Shown one piece after another: positions 53,671-64,000 of a DNA stretch of 64,000 nt (positions are counted from its first letter, which is position 1; each line of letters begins with the position of its first letter). The notes under the pieces are model-generated. The model worked only from the letters and a program-made list of their open reading frames with translations. It searched no databases and was not told the DNA's origin. Origin of the DNA: Eledone cirrhosa (lineage: Eukaryota); NCBI GenBank assembly GCA_964016885.1, contig OZ024743.1, forward strand, positions 211,978,001 through 212,042,000, in the 5' to 3' direction. The position numbers and the translations under genes were made by a program.

Positions 53671-56600
53671 GGGCGGCCGGCCCACGATCGAGAAAAAGGT
53701 AACTCCGCCGGCAAATCGTCATTTTTGTGATCCGTTTTCTTCGAAGCACACCATTCGCCGCCGGACTTCAGCTGCCTCATTTAGCATGGGCAGTTTTTTT
53801 TGAAAATCACACCACACACAACCAATGTGTGTCTGCACATGTACCAGTAATTACAGATCGATCCCACCACGGGCGGCCGGCCCACAATCGAAAAGGTTAC
53901 TCCGCCTGCAAATCGTCATTTTCGGATTCGTTTTCTTCGAAGCACACCATTCGCCGGCGGACTTCAGCTGCCTCATTTAGCATGAGCAGTTTTTCTTGAA
54001 GATCACACCACACACAGCCAATGAGTGTCTGCACATGTACCAGTAATTACAGATCGATCCGACCACGGGCGGCCGGCCCGCGATTGAAAAGGTAACTCCG
54101 CCGGCAAATCGTCATTTTTGTGATTCGTTTTCTTCGAAGCACAACATTCGCCGCCGGACTTCAGCTGCCTCATTTAGCATGGGCAGTTTTTTTTGAAAAT
54201 CACACCACACACAACCAATGTGTGTCTGCACATGTACCAGTAATTACAGATCGATCCCACCACGAGTTCAATGTAAACAAACTTACGCTCAACGACTTTG
54301 TTGACGTTTAACACGGTTTGGTTCCACAGCCACAACTATTGATTTTAAGGAGATATCTTGCTGAAATTCACGCCACACATAGCCAATGAGTGTCTGCACA
54401 TGTACCAGTAATTACAGATCGATCCGACCACGGACGGCCGGCCCGCGATTGAAAAGGTAACTCCGCCGGCAAATCGTCATTTTTGGATTCGTTTTCTTCG
54501 AAGCACACCATTCGCCGGCGTACTTTGTTGACGTTTAACACGGTTTGGTTCCACAGCCACAACTATTGATTTTAAGGAGATATCTTGCTGAAATTCACGC
54601 CACACATAGCCAATGAGTGTCTGCACATGTACCAGTAATTACAGATGGATCCCACCACGGGCGGCCGGCCCACAATCGAAAAGGTTACTCCGCCTGCAAA
54701 TCGTCATTTTCGGATTCGTTTTCTTCGAAGCACACCATTCGCCGGCGGACTTCAGCTGCCTCATTTAGCATGGGCAGTTTTTCTTGAAGATCACACCACA
54801 CACAGCCAATGAGTGTCTGCACATGTACCAGTAATTAGAGATCGATCCGACCACGGGCGGCCGGCCCACGATCGAGAAAAAGGTAACTCCGCCGGCAAAT
54901 CGTCATTTTTGTGATCCGTTTTCTTCGAAGCACACCATTCGCCGCCGGACTTCAGCTGCCTCATTTAGCATGGGCAGTTTTTTTTGAAAATCACACCACA
55001 CACAACCAATGTGTGTCTGCACATGTACCAGTAATTACAGATCGATCCCACCACGGGCGGCCGGCCCACAATCGAAAAGGTTACTCCGCCTGCAAATCGT
55101 CATTTTCGGATTCGTTTTCTTCGAAGCACACCATTCGCCGGCGGACTTCAGCTGCCTCATTTAGCATGAGCAGTTTTTCTTGAAGATCACACCACACACA
55201 GCCAATGAGTGTCTGCACATGTACCAGTAATTACAGATCGATCCGACCACGGGCGGCCGGCCCGCGATTGAAAAGGTAACTCCGCCGGCAAATCGTCATT
55301 TTTGTGATTCGTTTTCTTCGAAGCACAACATTCGCCGCCGGACTTCAGCTGCCTCATTTAGCATGGGCAGTTTTTTTTGAAAATCACACCACACACAACC
55401 AATGTGTGTCTGCACATGTACCAGTAATTACAGATCGATCCCACCACGAGTTCAATGTAAACTAACTTACGCTCAACGACTTTGTTGACGTTTAACACGG
55501 TTTGGTTCCACAGCCACAACTATTGATTTTAAGGAGATATCTTGCTGAAATTCACGCCACACATAGCCAATGAGTGTCTGCACATGTACCAGTAATTACA
55601 GATGGATCCCACCACGGGCGGCCGGCCCACAATCGAAAAGGTTACTCCGCCTGCAAATCGTCATTTTCGGATTCGTTTTCTTCGAAGCACACCATTCGCC
55701 GGCGGACTTCAGCTGCCTCATTTAGCATGGGCAGTTTTTCTTGAAGATCACACCACACACAGCCAATGAGTGTCTGCACATGTACCAGTAATTAGAGATC
55801 GATCCGACCACGGGCGGCCGGCCCACGATCGAGAAAAAGGTAACTCCGCCGGCAAATCGTCATTTTTGTGATCCGTTTTCTTCGAAGCACACCATTCGCC
55901 GCCGGACTTCAGCTGCCTCATTTAGCATGGGCAGTTTTTTTTGAAAATCACACCACACACAACCAATGTGTGTCTGCACATGTACCAGTAATTACAGATC
56001 GATCCCACCACGGGCGGCCGGCCCACAATCGAAAAGGTTACTCCGCCTGCAAATCGTCATTTTCGGATTCGTTTTCTTCGAAGCACACCATTCGCCGGCG
56101 GACTTCAGCTGCCTCATTTAGCATGAGCAGTTTTTCTTGAAGATCACACCACACACAGCCAATGAGTGTCTGCACATGTACCAGTAATTACAGATCGATC
56201 CGACCACGGGCGGCCGGCCCGCGATTGAAAAGGTAACTCCGCCGGCAAATCGTCATTTTTGTGATTCGTTTTCTTCGAAGCACAACATTCGCCGCCGGAC
56301 TTCAGCTGCCTCATTTAGCATGGGCAGTTTTTTTTGAAAATCACACCACACACAACCAATGTGTGTCTGCACATGTACCAGTAATTACAGATCGATCCCA
56401 CCACGAGTTCAATGTAAACAAACTTACGCTCAACGACTTTGTTGACGTTTAACACGGTTTGGTTCCACAGCCACAACTATTGATTTTAAGGAGATATCTT
56501 GCTGAAATTCACGCCACACATAGCCAATGAGTGTCTGCACATGTACCAGTAATTACAGATCGATCCGACCACGGACGGCCGGCCCGCGATTGAAAAGGTA

Positions 56601-59600
56601 ACTCCGCCGGCAAATCGTCATTTTTGGATTCGTTTTCTTCGAAGCACACCATTCGCCGGCGTACTTTGTTGACGTTTAACACGGTTTGGTTCCACAGCCA
56701 CAACTATTGATTTTAAGGAGATATCTTGCTGAAATTCACGCCACACATAGCCAATGAGTGTCTGCACATGTACCAGTAATTACAGATGGATCCCACCACG
56801 GGCGGCCGGCCCACAATCGAAAAGGTTACTCCGCCTGCAAATCGTCATTTTCGGATTCGTTTTCTTCGAAGCACACCATTCGCCGGCGGACTTCAGCTGC
56901 CTCATTTAGCATGGGCAGTTTTTCTTGAAGATCACACCACACACAGCCAATGAGTGTCTGCACATGTACCAGTAATTAGAGATCGATCCGACCACGGGCG
57001 GCCGGCCCACGATCGAGAAAAAGGTAACTCCGCCGGCAAATCGTCATTTTTGTGATCCGTTTTCTTCGAAGCACACCATTCGCCGCCGGACTTCAGCTGC
57101 CTCATTTAGCATGGGCAGTTTTTTTTGAAAATCACACCACACACAACCAATGTGTGTCTGCACATGTACCAGTAATTACAGATCGATCCCACCACGGGCG
57201 GCCGGCCCACAATCGAAAAGGTTACTCCGCCTGCAAATCGTCATTTTCGGATTCGTTTTCTTCGAAGCACACCATTCGCCGGCGGACTTCAGCTGCCTCA
57301 TTTAGCATGAGCAGTTTTTCTTGAAGATCACACCACACACAGCCAATGAGTGTCTGCACATGTACCAGTAATTACAGATCGATCCGACCACGGGCGGCCG
57401 GCCCGCGATTGAAAAGGTAACTCCGCCGGCAAATCGTCATTTTTGTGATTCGTTTTCTTCGAAGCACAACATTCGCCGCCGGACTTCAGCTGCCTCATTT
57501 AGCATGGGCAGTTTTTTTTGAAAATCACACCACACACAACCAATGTGTGTCTGCACATGTACCAGTAATTACAGATCGATCCCACCACGAGTTCAATGTA
57601 AACTAACTTACGCTCAACGACTTTGTTGACGTTTAACACGGTTTGGTTCCACAGCCACAACTATTGATTTTAAGGAGATATCTTGCTGAAATTCACGCCA
57701 CACATAGCCAATGAGTGTCTGCACATGTACCAGTAATTACAGATGGATCCCACCACGGGCGGCCGGCCCACAATCGAAAAGGTTACTCCGCCTGCAAATC
57801 GTCATTTTCGGATTCGTTTTCTTCGAAGCACACCATTCGCCGGCGGACTTCAGCTGCCTCATTTAGCATGGGCAGTTTTTCTTGAAGATCACACCACACA
57901 CAGCCAATGAGTGTCTGCACATGTACCAGTAATTAGAGATCGATCCGACCACGGGCGGCCGGCCCACGATCGAGAAAAAGGTAACTCCGCCGGCAAATCG
58001 TCATTTTTGTGATCCGTTTTCTTCGAAGCACACCATTCGCCGCCGGACTTCAGCTGCCTCATTTAGCATGGGCAGTTTTTTTTGAAAATCACACCACACA
58101 CAACCAATGTGTGTCTGCACATGTACCAGTAATTACAGATCGATCCCACCACGGGCGGCCGGCCCACAATCGAAAAGGTTACTCCGCCTGCAAATCGTCA
58201 TTTTCGGATTCGTTTTCTTCGAAGCACACCATTCGCCGGCGGACTTCAGCTGCCTCATTTAGCATGAGCAGTTTTTCTTGAAGATCACACCACACACAGC
58301 CAATGAGTGTCTGCACATGTACCAGTAATTACAGATCGATCCGACCACGGGCGGCCGGCCCGCGATTGAAAAGGTAACTCCGCCGGCAAATCGTCATTTT
58401 TGTGATTCGTTTTCTTCGAAGCACAACATTCGCCGCCGGACTTCAGCTGCCTCATTTAGCATGGGCAGTTTTTTTTGAAAATCACACCACACACAACCAA
58501 TGTGTGTCTGCACATGTACCAGTAATTACAGATCGATCCCACCACGAGTTCAATGTAAACAAACTTACGCTCAACGACTTTGTTGACGTTTAACACGGTT
58601 TGGTTCCACAGCCACAACTATTGATTTTAAGGAGATATCTTGCTGAAATTCACGCCACACATAGCCAATGAGTGTCTGCACATGTACCAGTAATTACAGA
58701 TCGATCCGACCACGGACGGCCGGCCCGCGATTGAAAAGGTAACTCCGCCGGCAAATCGTCATTTTTGGATTCGTTTTCTTCGAAGCACACCATTCGCCGG
58801 CGTACTTTGTTGACGTTTAACACGGTTTGGTTCCACAGCCACAACTATTGATTTTAAGGAGATATCTTGCTGAAATTCACGCCACACATAGCCAATGAGT
58901 GTCTGCACATGTACCAGTAATTACAGATGGATCCCACCACGGGCGGCCGGCCCACAATCGAAAAGGTTACTCCGCCTGCAAATCGTCATTTTCGGATTCG
59001 TTTTCTTCGAAGCACACCATTCGCCGGCGGACTTCAGCTGCCTCATTTAGCATGGGCAGTTTTTCTTGAAGATCACACCACACACAGCCAATGAGTGTCT
59101 GCACATGTACCAGTAATTAGAGATCGATCCGACCACGGGCGGCCGGCCCACGATCGAGAAAAAGGTAACTCCGCCGGCAAATCGTCATTTTTGTGATCCG
59201 TTTTCTTCGAAGCACACCATTCGCCGCCGGACTTCAGCTGCCTCATTTAGCATGGGCAGTTTTTTTTGAAAATCACACCACACACAACCAATGTGTGTCT
59301 GCACATGTACCAGTAATTACAGATCGATCCCACCACGGGCGGCCGGCCCACAATCGAAAAGGTTACTCCGCCTGCAAATCGTCATTTTCGGATTCGTTTT
59401 CTTCGAAGCACACCATTCGCCGGCGGACTTCAGCTGCCTCATTTAGCATGAGCAGTTTTTCTTGAAGATCACACCACACACAGCCAATGAGTGTCTGCAC
59501 ATGTACCAGTAATTACAGATCGATCCGACCACGGGCGGCCGGCCCGCGATTGAAAAGGTAACTCCGCCGGCAAATCGTCATTTTTGTGATTCGTTTTCTT

Positions 59601-59897
59601 CGAAGCACAACATTCGCCGCCGGACTTCAGCTGCCTCATTTAGCATGGGCAGTTTTTTTTGAAAATCACACCACACACAACCAATGTGTGTCTGCACATG
59701 TACCAGTAATTACAGATCGATCCCACCACGAGTTCAATGTAAACTAACTTACGCTCAACGACTTTGTTGACGTTTAACACGGTTTGGTTCCACAGCCACA
59801 ACTATTGATTTTAAGGAGATATCTTGCTGAAATTCACGCCACACATAGCCAATGAGTGTCTGCACATGTACCAGTAATTACAGATCGATCCGACCAC
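53671..59897 (+). repeat. 2141 bp 11-monomer HOR (B-A-C-D-E-A-B-A-C-D-A), ~2.9 copies
   Basis: ORF triplets 53727/55868/58009, 54120/56261/58402, 54368/56509/58650 and 54911/57052/59193 are offset by 2141, and the monomer sum is 2141. The private SNP GCACAACATT is present in all six C monomers. Confidence 0.92.
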
Positions 59898-60124
59898 GGA
59901 CGGCCGGCCCGCGATTAAAAAGGTAACTCCGCCGGCAAATCGTCATTTTTGGATTCGTTTTCTTCGAAGCACACCATTCGCCGGCGTACTTTGTTGACGT
60001 TTAACACGGTTTGGTTCCACAGCCACAACTATTGATTTTAAGGAGATATCTTGCTGAAATTCACGCCACACATAGCCAATGAGTGTCTGCACATGTACCA
60101 GTAATTACAGATGGATCCCACCAC

Positions 60125-63100
60125 GGGCGGCCGGCCCACAATCGAAAAGGTTACTCCGCCTGCAAATCGTCATTTTCGGATTCGTTTTCTTCGAAGCACA
60201 CCATTCGCCGGCGGACTTCAGCTGCCTCATTTAGCATGAGCAGTTTTCCTTGAAGATCACACCACACACAGCCAATGAGTGTCTGCACATGTACCAGTAA
60301 TTACAGATGGATCCCACCACGGGCGGCCGGCCCACAATCGAAAAGGTTACTCCGCCTGCAAATCGTCATTTTCGGATTCGTTTTCTTCGAAGCACACCAT
60401 TCGCCGGCGGACTTCAGCTGCCTCATTTAGCATGGGCAGTTTTTCTTGAAGATCACACCACACACACCCAATGAGTGTCTGCACATGTACCAGTAATTAG
60501 AGATCGATCCGACCACGGGCGGCCGGCCCACGATCGAGAAAAAGGTAACTCCGCCGGCAAATCGTCATTTTTGTGATCCGTTTTCTTCGAAGCACACCAT
60601 TCGCCGCCGGACTTCAGCTGCCTCATTTAGCATGGGCAGTTTTTTTTGAAAATCACACCACACACAACCAATGTGTGTCTGCACATGTACCAGTAATTAC
60701 AGATCGATCCGACCACGGGCGGCCGGCCCGCGATTGAAAAGGTAACTCCGCCGGCAAATCGTCATTTTTGTGATTCGTTTTCTTCGAAGCACACCATTCG
60801 CCGCCGGACTTCAGCTGCCTCATTTAGCATGGGCAGTTTTTTTTGAAAATCACACCACACACAACCAATGTGTGTCTGCACATGTACCAGTAATTACAGA
60901 TCGATCCCACCACGAGTTCAATGTAAACAAACTTACGCTCAACGACTTTGTTGACGTTTAACACGGTTTGGTTCCACAGCCACAACTATTGATTTTACGG
61001 AGATATCTTGCTGAAATTCACGCCACACATAGCCAATGAGTGTCTGCACATCTACCAGTAATTACAGATGGATCCCACCACGGGCGGCCGGCCCACAATC
61101 GAAACGGTTACTCCGCCTGCAAATCGTCATTTTCGGATTCGTTTTCTTCGAAGCACACCATTCGCCGGCGGACTTCAGCTGCCTCATTTAGCATGAGCAG
61201 TTTTTCTTGAAGATCACACCACACACAGCCAATGAGTGTCTGCACATGTACCAGTAATTACAGATGGATCCCACCACGGGCGGCCGGCCCACAATCGAAA
61301 AGGTTACTCCGCCTGCAAATCGTCATTTTCGGATTCGTTTTCTTCGAAGCACACCATTCGCCGGCGGACTTCAGCTGCCTCATTTAGCATGGGCAGTTCT
61401 TCTTGAAGATCACACCACACACAGCCAATGAGTGTCTGCACATGTACCAGTAATTACAGATGGATCCCACCACGGGCGGCCGGCCCACAATCGAAAAGGT
61501 TACTCCGCCTGCAAATCGTCATTTTCGGATTCGTTTTCTTCGAAGCACACCATTCGCCGGCGGACTTCAGCTGCCTCATTTAGCATGGGCAGTTTTTCTT
61601 GAAGATCACACCACACACAGCCAATGAGTGTCTGCACATGTACCAGTAATTAGAGATCGATCCGACCACGGGCGGCCGGCCCACGATCGAGAAAAAGGTA
61701 ACTCCGCCGGCAAATCGTCATTTTTGTGATCCGTTTTCTTCGAAGCACACCATTCGCCGCCGGACTTCAGCTGCCTCATTTAGCATGGGCAGTTTTTTTT
61801 GAAAATCACACCACACACAACCAATGTGTGTCTGCACATGTACCAGTAATTACAGATCGATCCCACCACGGGCGGCCGGCCCACAATCGAAAAGGTTACT
61901 CCGCCTGCAAATCGTCATTTTCGGATTCGTTTTCTTCGAAGCACACCATTCGCCGGCGGACTTCAGCTGCCTCATTTAGCATGAGCAGTTTTTCTTGAAG
62001 ATCACACCACACACAGCCAATGAGTGTCTGCACATGTACCAGTAATTACAGATGGATCCCCCCACGGGCGGCCGGCCCACAATCGAAAAGGTTACTCCGC
62101 CTGCAAATCGTCATTTTCGGATTCGTTTTCTTCGAAGCACACCATTCGCCGGCGGACTTCAGCTGCCTCATTTAGCATGGGCAGTTTTTCTTGAAGATCA
62201 CACCACACACAGCCAATGAGTGTCTGCACATGTACCAGTAATTACAGATGGATCCCACCACGGGCGGCCGGCCCACAATCGAAAAGGTTACTCCGCCTGC
62301 AAATCGTCATTTTCGGATTCGTTTTCTTCGAAGCACACCATTCGCCGGCGGACTTCAGCTGCCTCATTTAGCATGGGCAGCTTTTCTTGAAGATCACACC
62401 ACACACAGCCAATGAGTGTCTGCACATGTACCAGTAATTACAGATGGATCCCACCACGGGCGGCCGGCCCACAATCGAAAAGGTTACTCCGCCTGCAAAT
62501 CGTCATTTTCGGATTCGTTTTCTTCGAAGCACACCATTCGCCGGCGGACTTCAGCTGCCTCATTTAGCATGGGCAGTTTTTCTTGAAGATCACACCACAC
62601 ACAGCCAATGAGTGTCTGCACATGTACCAGTAATTAGAGATCGATCCGACCACGGGCGGCCGGCCCACGATCGAGAAAAAGGTAACTCCGCCGGCAAATC
62701 GTCATTTTTGTGATCCGTTTTCTTCGAAGCACACCATTCGCCGCCGGACTTCAGCTGCCTCATTTAGCATGGGCAGTTTTTTTTGAAAATCACACCACAC
62801 ACAACCAATGTGTGTCTGCACATGTACCAGTAATTACAGATCGATCCGACCACGGGCGGCCGGCCCGCGATTTAAAAGGTAACTCCGCCAGCAAATCGTC
62901 ATTTTTGTGATTCGTTTTCTTCGAAGCACACCATTCGCCGCCGGACTTCAGCTGCCTCATTTAGCATGGGCAGTTTTTTTTGAAAATCACACCACACACA
63001 ACCAATGTGTGTCTGCACATGTACCAGTAATTACAGATCGATCCCACCACGAGTTCAATGTAAACAAACTTACGCTCAACGACTTTGTTGACGTTTAACA

Positions 63101-64000
63101 CGGTTTGGTTCCACAGCCACAACTATTGATTTTAAGGAGATATCTTGCTGAAATTCACGCCACACATAGCCAATGAGTGTCTGCACATGTACCAGTAATT
63201 AGAGATCGATCCGACCACGGGCGGCCGGCCCACGATCGAGGAAAAGGTAACTCCGCCGGCAAATCGTCATTTTTGTGATCCGTTTTCTTCGAAGCACACC
63301 ATTCGCCGCCGGACTTCAGCTGCCTCATTTAGCATGGGCAGTTTTTTTTGAAAATCACACCACACACAACCAATGTGTGTCTGCACATGTACCAGTAATT
63401 ACAGATCGATCCCACCACGGGCGGCCGGCCCACAATCGAAAAGGTTACTCCGCCTGCAAATCGTCATTTTCGGATTCGTTTTCTTCGAAGCACACCATTC
63501 GCCGGCGGACTTCAGCTGCCTCATTTAGCATGAGCAGTTTTTCTTGAAGATCACACCACACACAGCCAATGAGTGTCTGCACATGTACCAGTAATTACAG
63601 ATGGATCCCCCCACGGGCGGCCGGCCCACAATCGAAAAGGTTACTCCGCCTGCAAATCGTCATTTTCGGATTCGTTTTCTTCGAAGCACACCATTCGCCG
63701 GCGGACTTCAGCTGCCTCATTTAGCATGAGCAGTTTTTCTTGAAGATCACACCACACACAGCCAATGAGTGTCTGCACATGTACCAGTAATTACAGATGG
63801 ATCCCACCACGGGCGGCCGGCCCACAATCGAAAAGGTTACTCCGCCTGCAAATCGTCATTTTCGGATTCGTTTTCTTCGAAGCACACCATTCGCCGGCGG
63901 ACTTCAGCTGCCTTATTTAGCATGGGCAGTTTTTCTTGAAAATCACACCACACACAACCAATGTGTGTCTGCACATGTACCAGTAATTACAGATCGATCC
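60125..64000 (+). repeat. Non-tandem copy of block ~23688-27563 (offset 36,437 bp)
   Basis: ORF pairs 24333/60770, 25289/61726, 26273/62710, 26470/62907 and 26838/63275 are all offset by 36437. Shared private variants: ACATCTACC, GAAACGGTT, CAGTTCTTC, TTCTTGAAAAT. Confidence 0.88.

Larger units (their letters stand above)
1..64000. repeat. Tandem satellite DNA array, ~196-200 bp monomer, ~325 copies, head-to-tail in one orientation, open at both window ends
   Basis: The motif TGCACATGTACCAGTAATTA recurs every 168-227 bp (mostly 196-200) from start to end with no unique intervening sequence. Near-identical ORF translations recur throughout the track. Confidence 0.99.

Noticed and set aside
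442-63547. ~90 short ORFs (61-93 aa; MIRFLRSTPF..., MWLWNQTVL...) as a tandem gene family
   Set aside because: They are translations of satellite monomers, many from GTG/TTG starts. C-termini change with whichever monomer follows, monomer lengths are mostly not multiples of 3, stop-creating variants are common (AAACTAAC), and no domain is recognisable.
1-64000. CRISPR array or other repeat-spacer/cassette system (integron, diversity array)
   Set aside because: There are no unique spacers or cassettes: the only alternative segment (D head) is the same sequence each time. Repeats are far longer than CRISPR repeats, and no cas, integrase or reverse transcriptase gene is present.
1-64000. Synthetic construct or rolling-circle/sequencing concatemer (many restriction-site palindromes: FseI, BamHI, PvuII, BstBI, EcoRV)
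   Set aside because: Hierarchically shared variants and multiple diverged monomer classes indicate natural evolution. Local misassembly of individual duplications cannot be excluded without reads.

Overview
The whole 64 kb window is one uninterrupted, single-orientation tandem satellite array of about 325 monomers (~196 bp, ~51% GC). It is most likely eukaryotic centromeric/pericentromeric or heterochromatic satellite DNA; I cannot identify the organism or a named family. I find no credible protein-coding gene, RNA gene, transposon or CRISPR array, and all ORFs in the track are by-products of the repeat. With the phase set at GGGCGGCCGGCCC, the array parses by hand into five monomer classes: A (196 bp), B (200 bp), C (197 bp), D (168 bp, with a ~100 bp unrelated AT-richer head; 34 copies) and E (227 bp, a standard head fused to the D tail at a GACTT microhomology; 25 copies). 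There are also a few recombinant monomers. The classes follow a constrained order (core ...A-B-C-D-E-A...) but no single fixed higher-order repeat (HOR). Instead there are nested local duplications with periods of 957, 984, 2141, 2760, 4112/4308, 4397 and 5881 bp, plus one block repeated 36,437 bp away, most marked by private SNPs. The noteworthy signals concern satellite architecture and evolution: chimeric monomer birth, a CpG-rich/CpG-free bipartite monomer, dense dyad symmetry and a layered duplication history. I see no evidence for a new gene system. All counts and coordinates were derived by eye and cross-checked against ORF-track offsets.
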